Positions 6,890-16,640 are shown, numbered from the stretch's first letter. The stretch: 36,940 nt of DNA from Phycisphaerae bacterium (GCA_046538345.1 JBKHJB010000003.1:1-36940); one strand, 5' to 3'. Notes: generated from the letters alone by a model not told the origin. Translations and numbers: made by a program.

Positions 6890-8311
6890 ATGGATGCGAA
6901 ACGATTTGTTGTTCTGATGGCGCTGGCGGCAATTGCCCTGCCAGCGTGCGCTGACGAGGAAGGCGTGGCTCTTACCATCTATAACGGCGGATACGGCGTG
7001 GTACGGGAAGTCCGCGAGCTGAACGTGCCCAACAGTGGGCGGGTGATGTTCACCGACGTAGCCGCACGCATCGACCCGACGACCGTGCACTTCAAGAGCA
7101 TCACCGACCCCGAGGCGAAGCTGCTGGAGCAGAACTATCAGTACGACCTGGTCTCGGCCGACAAGCTGCTGGACAAGTACATCGACAGAAATATCCGCAT
7201 CGAGACGCAGGCGGGCGGGTATTCCGGCAAGCTGCTCAGCTACGATTCGGGGCAGTTGGTGCTGGACCTCGACGACGGTGGCATCGCCATGGTACGCAGG
7301 GGCGAGAACGTACGCGACATCCGCTTCGGGGAGCTTCCCGAAGGCCTGCTGACCCGCCCGACGCTGGTCTGGCTGGTCAGCACCGACACCGCCGGGAAGC
7401 ACCTTGCGGAGGTCTCCTACCAGACCGACGGGCTGGGCTGGCACGCCGAGTATGTGTTCGTTCTGGACGAGGCCGACACCAAAGCGGACCTCTCCGGCTG
7501 GGTGAGCGTGGACAACAAATCCGGCAAGACCTACCGCGACGCGAAGCTGAAGTTCATCGCCGGCGACGTCCACCGCGCGCCGCGCCCACCGGCGGTCCCC
7601 CGATACGACGGTGCCCGTACGGGCGCCATGGCGGAAGCGGCGCCCATGGAGGAGAAGGCGTTTTTCGAGTACCACATGTACATGCTGCCCAGACCTTCCA
7701 CCGTCGCCGACAACGAGGTCAAGCAGCTCGAGATGTTCCCCACGGCCCGCGACGTCAGCGTTACCAAGAGGTTCGTCTATAGGCCCCTGTCAGGATTCCG
7801 CTGGAATCCGGGCCGGCGAAATACGGACGCATCGGCCGCCGGCGGCGACGGTAAGGTCAACGTCCTGATCGAATTCGTCAACAGCGAGCGGAACAACCTG
7901 GGCATCCCCCTGCCGGCGGGGAATGTCCGCGTATATAAGCGCGACGCCGCCGACGACGCGATGGAGTTCATCGGCGAGGAGCGCATAGACCACACGCCGA
8001 AGGACGAAGAGCTTTCGCTGATGATCGGCAACGCCTTCGACCTCGTCGGCGAGCGCCGCCAGACGGACTTCAAGGTGGAAAGCCGACGCAACTGGATGAG
8101 CGAGACCATCGAGATCAAGCTCCGCAATCGCAAGGACGACCAGGCCGTCACCATCGACGTCAGAGAACCCATGTACCGCTGGCGGAACTGGCGGATAACC
8201 GAATCCTCGCACGAGTGGGAAAAACGCGACGCGTTCAACGTGGAGTGGTCCGTGCCTGTCGAAGCCGGCGAGGAAGCCGTCGTGACCTATACGGTCGAAT
8301 ATACCTGGTAA
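6890..8311 (+). CDS. Secreted DUF4139 (DUF4140/DUF4139-type) protein
   Basis: Signal peptide MDAKRFVVLMALAAIALPACA. Family-typical segments VALTIYN, LLEQNYQYDLVS, YQTDGLGWHAEY, GIPLPAGNVRVY, IGEERIDHTPKDE. AGGAG RBS. Confidence 0.85.
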   Translation: MDAKRFVVLMALAAIALPACADEEGVALTIYNGGYGVVREVRELNVPNSGRVMFTDVAARIDPTTVHFKSITDPEAKLLEQNYQYDLVSADKLLDKYIDRNIRIETQAGGYSGKLLSYDSGQLVLDLDDGGIAMVRRGENVRDIRFGELPEGLLTRPTLVWLVSTDTAGKHLAEVSYQTDGLGWHAEYVFVLDEADTKADLSGWVSVDNKSGKTYRDAKLKFIAGDVHRAPRPPAVPRYDGARTGAMAEAAPMEEKAFFEYHMYMLPRPSTVADNEVKQLEMFPTARDVSVTKRFVYRPLSGFRWNPGRRNTDASAAGGDGKVNVLIEFVNSERNNLGIPLPAGNVRVYKRDAADDAMEFIGEERIDHTPKDEELSLMIGNAFDLVGERRQTDFKVESRRNWMSETIEIKLRNRKDDQAVTIDVREPMYRWRNWRITESSHEWEKRDAFNVEWSVPVEAGEEAVVTYTVEYTW

Positions 8312-8339
8312 GCGAAACCATCGCCGCAGCGCAGTGAGA

Positions 8340-8385
8340 CCGCGGTGCGGGCGGGCAAAATACAGTCCGCTCGCGCCGCGGCTTT
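8340..8385 (+). terminator. Long RNA hairpin, probable terminator after the DUF4139 gene
   Basis: 17-bp stem (8340-8356 with 8365-8381). All three non-Watson-Crick pairs are G-U on the plus strand. Followed by CTTT. Confidence 0.6.
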
Positions 8386-8397
8386 ATGCGCCCGGGG

Positions 8398-8425
8398 TTG
8401 CCGCCCTTGCGGGAACCGGTATCAT
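8398..8425 (+). promoter_or_regulatory. Putative sigma70 promoter for the sulfatase
   Basis: TTGCCG (8398-8403), 16 bp spacer, TATCAT (8420-8425). Confidence 0.45.
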
Positions 8426-8471
8426 GGAAAACCTCGAAACTGCCCACGATAGCGAAGAGAGGTTTCTCCCG

Positions 8472-9875
8472 ATGGCTGATTCCCGCCCGAATATCCTGTT
8501 CATAATGTCCGACGACCACGCGTCGCACGCGATAAGCGCCTACGGCAGCCGTATCAACCAGACGCCGCACATAGACCGCCTGGCCGCCGGCGGAATGCGG
8601 ATGGACAACTGCTTCTGCACGAACTCCATCTGCACGCCGTCGCGGGCAACGATACTTGACGGTACGTACAACCACGTCAACGGCGTTACCACGCTGAAAA
8701 CGCCGATGGACAACCGCCGAACCACCTTCCCCAAGCTGCTCCGCGAGACCGGCTACCGGACCGCCATGGTCGGCAAATGGCATCTCGGGCAAGGCCCGAA
8801 GCACCAGCCCACGGGGTTTGACTTCTGGAGCGTGCTTCCCGGACAGGGCGATTACTACAACCCGGAGATGATCGAGATGGGCGAGCGGAAGAAATTCCCC
8901 GGCTACGTCTCGGATATCATCACGGAGAAGTCCATCAACTGGCTGAAACAGGTCGGCACGGACAAGCCCTGGATGCTGCTGTGCCACCACAAGGCCCCGC
9001 ACCGCCACTGGCAGCCGGGACCTCGCCACAAGGACATGTACGCCAACGTGGACATCCCCGAGCCGGATACCTTTTTCGACGACTACAGCAACCGCGCGAC
9101 GGCCGCCCGCGAAGCCCGAATGCGAGTGGCGGACATGGGCGAGGTGGATACCAAGGTTTCGCCGCCGGAGGGGCTTTCCGCCGAAGAACTGGCCCGCTGG
9201 AAGTACCAGCGCTATATAAAGGACTACCTCCGCTGCGTCGCCGGCGTGGACGACAGCGTCGGCGCACTGCTGGACTATCTCGACGAGACCGGACAGGCCG
9301 AGAACACCATAGTCATCTACACCTCCGACCAGGGCTTTTTCCTGGGCGATCACGGCTGGTACGACAAGCGCTTCATGTACGAGGAATCGCTGCGGATGCC
9401 GTTTCTGGTGCGGTTCCCGCGGGAGATCGCTGCGGAAACCGTCAACGACGACATCGTGCTGAACGTGGACTTCGCGCCGACGCTGCTGGATATCGCGGGC
9501 GTCGAGCCGCCGGAGGCATTCCAGGGCCGCAGCTTCCGCGAACTGCTGGGCGGGCGAACGCCCGACGACTGGCAGAAATCCATGTACTACCGCTACTGGA
9601 TGCACGGGGACGGCAGTCATAATGTGTACGCGCATTACGGTGTCCGCACCCACGATTACAAGCTTATCTACTACTATGCCGACGGACTGGACCAGCCCGG
9701 CTCGGCAGGCGAGCCGTGCGAGCCGGAGTGGGAACTTTTCGACCTGGAAAACGACCCCTGCGAGCTGAACAACGTCTATAAAGACCCCGCCTATGCCGGA
9801 ACGGTCCGCGAGCTGAACGAGGAGTTGAACCGGCTTCAGGCGGCCGTCGGCGACGAACCTTACTCGCGCGGGTAA
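8472..9875 (+). CDS. Formylglycine-dependent (Cys-type) sulfatase, N-acetylglucosamine-6-sulfatase/mucin-desulfating-like (467 aa)
   Basis: Motifs RPNILFIMSDDH, NSICTPSRA (CxPxR), GKWHLG, HKAPHR, YTSDQGFFLGDHGWYDKRFMYEESLRMP. No signal peptide. Start set at ATG 8472, with a GAGG RBS. Confidence 0.93.
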   Translation: MADSRPNILFIMSDDHASHAISAYGSRINQTPHIDRLAAGGMRMDNCFCTNSICTPSRATILDGTYNHVNGVTTLKTPMDNRRTTFPKLLRETGYRTAMVGKWHLGQGPKHQPTGFDFWSVLPGQGDYYNPEMIEMGERKKFPGYVSDIITEKSINWLKQVGTDKPWMLLCHHKAPHRHWQPGPRHKDMYANVDIPEPDTFFDDYSNRATAAREARMRVADMGEVDTKVSPPEGLSAEELARWKYQRYIKDYLRCVAGVDDSVGALLDYLDETGQAENTIVIYTSDQGFFLGDHGWYDKRFMYEESLRMPFLVRFPREIAAETVNDDIVLNVDFAPTLLDIAGVEPPEAFQGRSFRELLGGRTPDDWQKSMYYRYWMHGDGSHNVYAHYGVRTHDYKLIYYYADGLDQPGSAGEPCEPEWELFDLENDPCELNNVYKDPAYAGTVRELNEELNRLQAAVGDEPYSRG

Positions 9876-9930
9876 GTTGTGCCGCTGAGACTGTGGCCGA
9901 CTGCAAGTCTGTGCTATTATCTGCCCCGAG

Positions 9931-11331
9931 ATGGGCGAGTATACGGACAGATCGATTGCCGACGGACTGAGCGTTACCGACCGTGAGCTGTTCGAGCGTC
10001 TGGGTTGGTTCATTCACGCCCGCTGGTTTCTCGGCGTGCTTGGTCTGGCGATGCTGCTGGTCAGCTGGGTCGCACTGGGCGTCCGCTTCCAGCCGGCGGG
10101 CGCCGAGCCGACGCCCGTACCGGCGGTGCTGACGATAGCGGTAGTGTTCGCCTACAACGCCTGCTTCAACGTGGCCTATCACCTCAGCCGTGTCCGCGGA
10201 CTGGTCGGCCACACTCTCACGGTCTCTCTGGCGCTGGGGCAGATTCTCTGCGACATAGCGGCCATCTGCATTCTGGCGCACTTCACCGGCGGTTTGGAGA
10301 ACTGGTTCATAATCCTGCTGCTGGTGCCGGTGGTAGTGGCGACGGAATTTCTGCCGCACGCCACGGCGCTGCTGGCGGCGGGCGCCGCGGCGGCCGGGGT
10401 GCACCTGCTGGGCTGGGGAGAGCTGAACGGCTTCATTCCGCACGTAAACGTGGTAAGCGAATCGGCCGGTTCGCTCCGTAAGGCGGGCCTGTACGACGAC
10501 CCGTACTACGTGCTTGAGGTCACCACAGCGATGACCGTGACGCTGTTCGCGATGACCATAATCGCCTCGACCATTACCCGCCGATTGCGGCAGCGCGAGC
10601 ACGAGCTGGAGCAGGCCTACAGGCACTGCCACCTCGCCGACGAGGCCAAGAGCTTCTTCATGCGCAAAGCCGGACACGAGATGCGTGGTCCGCTGGCCGC
10701 CACGCACAACATACTCAACGCCATCGACGCTACCGGCGAGAACCTTACCGAGGAGCACCGGCGACTGATTACCCGCGCCACGATCCGGCTGAACGGTTTC
10801 GCGGCGATGGTGGACGACCTGCGGCGGTACTCTCGCCTGCAATCGCCGCACGACATGCTGCAGTCCGGTCTGACCGAACTGTCCGGCGTGGTCGCGGAGG
10901 TCGCCGAGAACCTGCGTCCGCAGGCGGCCGAGGCGAAACTGACGCTGAACTGCAACATCTCTCAGGTTCACATCCGCGCCGATCGCGAACTGATACGCGA
11001 CGTTGTGCGGAACCTTATATCCAACGCCATCCAATACACGCCCGCCGGCGGGGAGATAGAGGTTACCGTCCGCCGCGACGGCCGGGACGCCGTGCTTACC
11101 GTGGCCGATACCGGCATGGGACTAAGCGAGGCGGCGAGAGAGCATATCTTCGAAGACTTCTACCGCGCGCCGGAGGCACGGAAGGCGTTCCCGGAAGGGA
11201 CGGGGCTGGGTTTGGCCATCTGCAGGCGAATAGCCGAGATGCACGACGGCAGCATACAGGCCCGTCCGCGCGAGACCGTGGGCACCATATTCGAGGTGCG
11301 CCTGCCGGCAACGGAAGCGGAAAACAGTTAA
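9931..11331 (+). CDS. Membrane-bound sensor histidine kinase (orphan)
   Basis: About 6-7 N-terminal hydrophobic helices. H-box AGHEMRGPL, N-box NLISNAIQYT, DTGMG, FEDFYR, GTGLGL. Confidence 0.92.
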   Translation: MGEYTDRSIADGLSVTDRELFERLGWFIHARWFLGVLGLAMLLVSWVALGVRFQPAGAEPTPVPAVLTIAVVFAYNACFNVAYHLSRVRGLVGHTLTVSLALGQILCDIAAICILAHFTGGLENWFIILLLVPVVVATEFLPHATALLAAGAAAAGVHLLGWGELNGFIPHVNVVSESAGSLRKAGLYDDPYYVLEVTTAMTVTLFAMTIIASTITRRLRQREHELEQAYRHCHLADEAKSFFMRKAGHEMRGPLAATHNILNAIDATGENLTEEHRRLITRATIRLNGFAAMVDDLRRYSRLQSPHDMLQSGLTELSGVVAEVAENLRPQAAEAKLTLNCNISQVHIRADRELIRDVVRNLISNAIQYTPAGGEIEVTVRRDGRDAVLTVADTGMGLSEAAREHIFEDFYRAPEARKAFPEGTGLGLAICRRIAEMHDGSIQARPRETVGTIFEVRLPATEAENS

Positions 11332-11418
11332 GCCGTTAAACAGTTGAGATCGGGGCCGGCGCCTGATTACTGGCTACCGACTACCGGCTACCAATTACCG
11401 GCTACCGGCTACTGAACA
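11323..11418. repeat. Short tandem repeats between convergent genes: three 8-mers, then eight 7-mers
   Basis: 8-mers AACAGTTA AGCCGTTA AACAGTTG (11323-11346). 7-mers CTGATTA CTGGCTA CCGACTA CCGGCTA CCAATTA CCGGCTA CCGGCTA CTGAACA (11363-11418). Confidence 0.8.
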
Positions 11419-11420
11419 CC

Positions 11421-11438
11421 GGCGGGCGCAAGCCCGCC
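11421..11438. terminator. Short GC hairpin just past the yidC stop codon
   Basis: GGCGGGC-GCAA-GCCCGCC perfect stem. There is no clear U-tract, so a terminator role is uncertain. Confidence 0.4.
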
Positions 11439-11442
11439 CCGC

Positions 11443-13653
11443 TTACCCTTGCTTGGTCCAGAACGGTCCCTTGGGCTTTTTGGGTCGTTTGGAGCGCGGG
11501 GGCTTTCCGGGCAGCTTGACGGTGGTTTCGCTGGCGGCCTGCTCGGCCTCCTTCTCCCGAAGGTGCTTGCGGATGAGGTACTGCTCGGCCACTCCCACGA
11601 ACGTCGAAGTCATGATGTAGAGGTTCAGTCCCGACGGCATCTGATAGAAGATGAACAGGAAGAACACCGGGAACATGTACTTCATCATCTTCTGCTGTTT
11701 GGCCTGTTCCGGCGACATGGACGCCTGGGCGGACATCTGGGGGTTGAACTTGCTCTGAAGCGCCATCGCGATGGCCATCAGAATCGGCAGCAAGCTGAAA
11801 TGGTGCCAGCCCAGGAACGGCACGGCGTATTGCGCCGACCAGGTGAAGATGGTATCCGGAGCGGCCAGGTTGGTCAGCCAGAACGGCAGCAGACCGGCGT
11901 GTCGCAGCTCCACGGAGGCATTCAGACCGGAGTACAGCGCCAGCCAGATGGGCATCTGCAGGAACATCGGCAGACAGCCCAGGAAAGGCGAAGCACCCGC
12001 CTTCTTGTAAAGCGCCATCATCTCTCGGTTCAGAGCTTCCTTGTCGTCGCCGTATTTCTCCTTCAACCGCTGCATCTGCGGGGCCAGTTTCTGCATCTTG
12101 TGCATGGAAACCTGCCCCTTCTTGGTCAGCGGATGCAGAACGGTCCGCACGAGTATCACCAGGATGATGATCGCCAACCCGTAGTTGCCCAGAGTGGCGA
12201 CGGAGAGCTTCTGCAACAGCCACATCATCCCCAGCGAAAGCTCCGACCAGGCGCAGAAACAGCTCCTCAAGCTGATGGTGCTTACGTAGTTGAGGTCCTT
12301 GTACTGCGGGCGGAAATAAGGAGCGCCGGAATCGGCGAACATGTCCCGCTTCTTGGGACCGGCGAACACGTCGAACGCCATCTTCCGCTCACCGCCCGGC
12401 TTCAGCGAAACATCGGGAAAATCAACGGCCGCGCTGAAGGTCCTCGAATCCTGCTCCTCCCGAACCGGATAGATGCGGTACGCGGCGCTTTGCCTCTCGG
12501 CGCCGGGACCTTGTCCCTCGTCGGGTCGGAGGTACATCATCGAGCCGAAGTACTTGTTTATCACCCCCACCCAGACGACCGGTCCGTTCTCCGATCCCTC
12601 GTCGGTCAGAATGTTCTCTTCCGGTTCGGCGTCTTTCAGCCGACCGTGGTCGTAAAGCTGAACCCCGACGGCCTGGTTCTCGACCGACCACCTGCCCACA
12701 GCCCCCTGGCGCATGTCGCTGCGGTAGTCCTCCCTGGGTACGCCGGTTGGCCCCGCCTGGGTGAGCGAGACCTCTATATCGCGTTCGGAGAGGTTTTCCA
12801 CCGCCAGTGACAGCTCCAGGGTGTAGTCCTCCTTGCGAACGGTGTAGGTCTTGGTGACCCGCAGTATCTTCTCAAAGTCCGACGGAGTCCCATAGGCCAG
12901 CGAATATACGAAGGCAACGCTCTGGACGTCCTCGTCGTCGGTTTCCGACTCCGAGCTGATCCGCCAGGGCAGTTTTGCCAGGTCAACCGTAACCTCCGGC
13001 ATACCGGCGGCCCTTACGGTCAGGTTGCCAGTGGCGTACGGCAGGTGCTTAACCTTGCCGTGCGACACCGGGTTCAGCAGCTCGTAGTGACCCTGGTACT
13101 TTTCCGGATTCTCACGACGTTTGGTCTCATACTCTTCGGGAGACTTTTCCCATAGCTGCTTGTCATCGACGGTGACGAAATACTGCGAGAGCGTCGCGGT
13201 ATTGACGGCCGCTCCCTCGGACGTCAGCTCCAGCTCGAAGGTGTAGCCGCTACGCGGGTCGCGCGAGCCGATGCGATGTGTGCGCACTTTTCCGGCAAGC
13301 TCGTGCAGCCAGCGGGCCTGCGACGGATCGGCTTCGCCCTCTGCCCGCTGCTCTTGCTGCTGCTCCGCCGGTTCCGTGTCCGGTTGCTCGTCGCCGGGCA
13401 GTTCATCGGCGTCGGACGAGGCAACATCCGGCTCGCCGGACGGTTCGTCGGCTTCGCTGTCCTGTGGATCCTCCGCCTCGGGCGCCGTCGCGGCGGAAGC
13501 TTCCGCCTCGTCCCCCTGCTGCAGGTCTGCTGTCGGCACGGTCGCCTCACGGTCGGAAAGCTCCCGCTCGTGCTGGAGATTCATATACATCACGAAGAAC
13601 AGCACACCGGCCGCAAAGAGCACCAACGATATGGTCAGTCTTCGTTTATTCAC
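11443..13653 (-). CDS. yidC: Membrane protein insertase YidC
   Basis: N-terminal TM anchor and large periplasmic domain. Motifs GNYGLAIIILVILVR, KMQKLAPQM, GCLPMFLQMPIW, PSGLNLY. Confidence 0.97.
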   Translation of the reverse strand: MNKRRLTISLVLFAAGVLFFVMYMNLQHERELSDREATVPTADLQQGDEAEASAATAPEAEDPQDSEADEPSGEPDVASSDADELPGDEQPDTEPAEQQQEQRAEGEADPSQARWLHELAGKVRTHRIGSRDPRSGYTFELELTSEGAAVNTATLSQYFVTVDDKQLWEKSPEEYETKRRENPEKYQGHYELLNPVSHGKVKHLPYATGNLTVRAAGMPEVTVDLAKLPWRISSESETDDEDVQSVAFVYSLAYGTPSDFEKILRVTKTYTVRKEDYTLELSLAVENLSERDIEVSLTQAGPTGVPREDYRSDMRQGAVGRWSVENQAVGVQLYDHGRLKDAEPEENILTDEGSENGPVVWVGVINKYFGSMMYLRPDEGQGPGAERQSAAYRIYPVREEQDSRTFSAAVDFPDVSLKPGGERKMAFDVFAGPKKRDMFADSGAPYFRPQYKDLNYVSTISLRSCFCAWSELSLGMMWLLQKLSVATLGNYGLAIIILVILVRTVLHPLTKKGQVSMHKMQKLAPQMQRLKEKYGDDKEALNREMMALYKKAGASPFLGCLPMFLQMPIWLALYSGLNASVELRHAGLLPFWLTNLAAPDTIFTWSAQYAVPFLGWHHFSLLPILMAIAMALQSKFNPQMSAQASMSPEQAKQQKMMKYMFPVFFLFIFYQMPSGLNLYIMTSTFVGVAEQYLIRKHLREKEAEQAASETTVKLPGKPPRSKRPKKPKGPFWTKQG

Positions 13654-13665
13654 GGGGTAATATCC

Positions 13666-14445
13666 CTATCGTCCTTCCAGCAGTCGTGTGCCGAGAAAGT
13701 CGTCCAGTTCCGCGATGGCACTGACCTTCTCGGCTGTGGCGCGGGCGTCGTATTCCACCCGCACGAACCGCACGACGTCGTCATCGACCAGCGTGTAGCA
13801 GGCGCGGGGATCACCGTCGCGGGGCTGACCCACCGAACCGACGTTTATCAACGCCTTGCGCCCTGGCTCGACCACATAGCCGTCCTCAAGCTCCTCAGGG
13901 CCGTAAAAATCCGGAGTGGGTGTGTCCAGGAACACGCCCGGAACGTGCGTGTGTCCCATGAAGCACAAGCTGCCGAAACGATCAAAGGCCGTCTGCATCT
14001 TGCCCGGACTGCTGAAAACGTCGTCGGGGAAAACATACTCGTTCACGGGCCTTCGCGGACTACCGTGCACCAGCACCGCCTCTTCACAGACTTCCTCGTC
14101 CGGCTCGATTACGTGCTTGATGGGCAATGAGCCGAGGAAGTCCCACCGGCGTCCGCGCAGCTCGGTATCCGGTTCCTCGTTCAGTTGGCGTCGCGTCCAG
14201 AAGCACGCGGCCTCGGCGCCTATATTGAAGCGATTCGGCTCATAGAGCACCGCGAAGTCGTGATTGCCCATCAGCGTCACCCTGGTCCGTTCGATAAGCA
14301 GATCCAGACAGGGTCCGGGGTCCGGGCCGTAGCCCAGCACGTCGCCCAGGCAATAGACGGCGCTGACGTCCCGGCTGTCTATGTCGGACAGCACCGCCTT
14401 TAACGCTTCCAGGTTGGAATGGATATCACTGATGATCGCCAGCAT
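13666..14445 (-). CDS. Metallophosphoesterase (YfcE/MJ0912-like)
   Basis: Calcineurin-like motifs SDIHSN, GDVLGYGP, GNHD, HGSP, GHTH, NVGSVGQPRDG. AGGAG RBS. Confidence 0.93.
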   Translation of the reverse strand: MLAIISDIHSNLEALKAVLSDIDSRDVSAVYCLGDVLGYGPDPGPCLDLLIERTRVTLMGNHDFAVLYEPNRFNIGAEAACFWTRRQLNEEPDTELRGRRWDFLGSLPIKHVIEPDEEVCEEAVLVHGSPRRPVNEYVFPDDVFSSPGKMQTAFDRFGSLCFMGHTHVPGVFLDTPTPDFYGPEELEDGYVVEPGRKALINVGSVGQPRDGDPRACYTLVDDDVVRFVRVEYDARATAEKVSAIAELDDFLGTRLLEGR

Positions 14446-14487
14446 CGACGTTCTCCTGCCGGCTTCGTGCCCGCGAGGGAAGTCGGT

Positions 14488-14517
14488 ATGCTAGTCGCCG
14501 CGTACGCACCGTGTCAA
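14488..14517 (-). promoter_or_regulatory. Sigma70 promoter for the metallophosphoesterase-yidC operon
   Basis: Minus strand TTGACA (14517-14512), 18 bp spacer, TAGCAT (14493-14488). Confidence 0.65.
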
Positions 14518-14587
14518 ACGGCTTTGCCCACCCGGACGATGGGCGCAGCCGCCGGGTAGCGTTAATATGCCCGACGGTGAGCAGACC

Positions 14588-15283
14588 ATGGAACACCCCG
14601 TATCCATAGCTATAGAGACTTCAGGACCTTCAGGCGGCGTGGCGCTGGGTTTCGGCGACGAGCTGGAACGCTCCGCGACATTCCCCGCGCGGGGACGCCA
14701 CGCCACGCAGCTTATCCGCCACATGGACGAGCTGCTGAAAGCCCTCTCGCTACAGCCGAAGGACCTCGAGGAGTTGTACGTCTCCGTCGGTCCGGGCAGC
14801 TTCACCGGGTTGCGAATCGGAGTGACGGTCGCACGGACCCTCGCGCAGGCGGTCAGCCACTTGCAGTGCGTGGCTGTCCCAACCGCCGCCGCGGTGGCAG
14901 AGAACAGTCTGGACCTTTGCCGGGAACACCTGGCCGTGGTTTTCGAGGCCCGCGACGAATTGCTGTACGCGACGATTTTCACCAGGCGGGACGACCGCCC
15001 CGTCGCCGTCGATACACCAAAGGTGGCGAAGCTGCCCGAAGTCCTCGCCGAAGCGCCGCGTCCCCTGGTGCTTGTCGGCGGCTGCGTGAACAGCGACGAC
15101 ATCGACGACGAACAAGTAACCATCGCCGAACCGGCGCGGGCGACACCGACAGCCGAGGGCGTCTGGCGAGCCGGCAGACGGGCGGCACGCGAGGGCGCCT
15201 TCACCGATCCGTTCCAACTGCTGCCCATCTACGCGCGTCGCCCCGAGGCCGAGCGGCTCTGGGACAAACGCCACGGGCGGTAA
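14588..15283 (+). CDS. tsaB: tRNA threonylcarbamoyladenosine biosynthesis protein TsaB
   Basis: Motifs IAIETSG, VSVGPGSFTGLRIG and C-terminal LLPIYARRPEAE. The start could alternatively be 14567. Confidence 0.93.
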   Translation: MEHPVSIAIETSGPSGGVALGFGDELERSATFPARGRHATQLIRHMDELLKALSLQPKDLEELYVSVGPGSFTGLRIGVTVARTLAQAVSHLQCVAVPTAAAVAENSLDLCREHLAVVFEARDELLYATIFTRRDDRPVAVDTPKVAKLPEVLAEAPRPLVLVGGCVNSDDIDDEQVTIAEPARATPTAEGVWRAGRRAAREGAFTDPFQLLPIYARRPEAERLWDKRHGR

Positions 15284-15353
15284 CGCGCCGAAAGGATGTT
15301 CAATGTCCGGACGGCGCGATATCATGGAAACGTCTTTTCAGAAAGGTCGCGGC

Positions 15354-15800
15354 ATGCAAGTGCATACGCAGTTCTCGGTGTACCTTATCAACAAGCCGGG
15401 AGTCCTGGCGTCGGTCACGGGCGCCCTGGCCAAGCAGAAGGTAAACATACTCGCTCTGGCGCTGATGGACTCCGGCGAGCACGGGGCGCTTCGGCTGGTC
15501 TGCGACGACGCGGACGGCGCCCGAAAGGTCCTCGGCAAGACGCACGACCGATGGACGGAGTGCGAAGTCGCCGTCCTGGAGCTCGACAATCGCCCCGGCG
15601 CGTTCGCCAACGTCGCCAAGCGACTGTCCGACGAACACGTCAACATCACCTACGCCTATTGCTCCGCCGGCGCGCCCGGAGGCAGGACCACCGCGGTATT
15701 CAAGGTGGCGCCGGAAGACCTGAAAAAGGTCGGCAAGCTATTGGAAGACCGCTCCGAAGGCAAAAAGAGCCGACCGGTCAAGCGCAAGCCCGGCGTTTAG
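15354..15800 (+). CDS. Tandem ACT-domain protein (BT0572-like)
   Basis: Two ACT repeats: QFSVYLINKPGVLA...VNILAL and LDNRPGAFA...VNITYAY. GAAAGG RBS before ATG 15354. Confidence 0.85.
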   Translation: MQVHTQFSVYLINKPGVLASVTGALAKQKVNILALALMDSGEHGALRLVCDDADGARKVLGKTHDRWTECEVAVLELDNRPGAFANVAKRLSDEHVNITYAYCSAGAPGGRTTAVFKVAPEDLKKVGKLLEDRSEGKKSRPVKRKPGV

Positions 15801-15821
15801 AACGGGGCTGGGCGAAGGCGG

Positions 15822-16640
15822 TCAATCCTCGACGAGCAGAGCCGGCTCCCATCGCGAAACCGCAGGGACACACTCGTAGCCAACCGCGTTACGCAGTCGT
15901 CGGGCCCCGTCTCCGGAGACGTGCGGTAGAATCGCCGTGCTGAGCTTCGCGCCTCGCGCGCCATAGTTGTTCTGGTACCGCTCGATTATGCGATTTCGCA
16001 TGCGCCATAGGACCGGCGGGAAGTAGATGGCCCTTTTCGCCACGTCGATGCGAAGACGGTCGTGGTCGTCGATGAAACGCTCAAACCGCTCGGCGACACG
16101 CTCGCGGATGTCTTCAGAACTGAACGGCTTGCGCGGCAGCTCGGCCCGCTGCATGCATACCCCCGGCGACGCCGCCAGGACACGAAAATCGTCGTAGTCT
16201 TCGAGCAGGTCGTCGATATCCGCCAGCGTCATGGTACGACCGTCGAGTGGGAAAGGCCGGTCAACCAGCTCCGCCCGGTCCATGCGCCTGGGACAGCCGG
16301 AATCCAGCGCCAGCTTCATCGCCCATGCCGCCCGGGCGTTGTACCAGTAGGCAAGTTCCGCATCGACGGAATCAAACAGCTCGCTGGTAACCGTCGGCCC
16401 CGCCACCGCCAGGAGCTTCACCTGTCGCAGCAAAGTCTCCGACGATTCCTCAAGCATCCGCGGCGATAGCCGGTTATCCTCACCCACCGCTGCATCGAGC
16501 ACTCCCGCCAGCGGAGAGTAGTCCACCGCCGGATTTACGCCGCGGGTATCCAGCGAGACCGGCCCGGGCGCTTCGGCGCAGCCAGCCACCAGAACAAACA
16601 ACGACAGGACCGTAAGTGTCTTGCAAGCAGGCCGCCACAT
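15822..16640 (-). CDS. Putative lipoprotein with divergent DUF547-like domain
   Basis: Lipobox-like LVAG-C after a hydrophobic stretch. VDYSPL, LAYWYNARAAW and MTLADID resemble DUF547. ATG at 16640. Confidence 0.65.
   Translation of the reverse strand: MWRPACKTLTVLSLFVLVAGCAEAPGPVSLDTRGVNPAVDYSPLAGVLDAAVGEDNRLSPRMLEESSETLLRQVKLLAVAGPTVTSELFDSVDAELAYWYNARAAWAMKLALDSGCPRRMDRAELVDRPFPLDGRTMTLADIDDLLEDYDDFRVLAASPGVCMQRAELPRKPFSSEDIRERVAERFERFIDDHDRLRIDVAKRAIYFPPVLWRMRNRIIERYQNNYGARGAKLSTAILPHVSGDGARRLRNAVGYECVPAVSRWEPALLVED

Noticed and set aside
11363-11418. Possible CRISPR array or iteron cluster
   Set aside because: Units are 7 bp with no spacers, and there are no cas or rep genes in the window.
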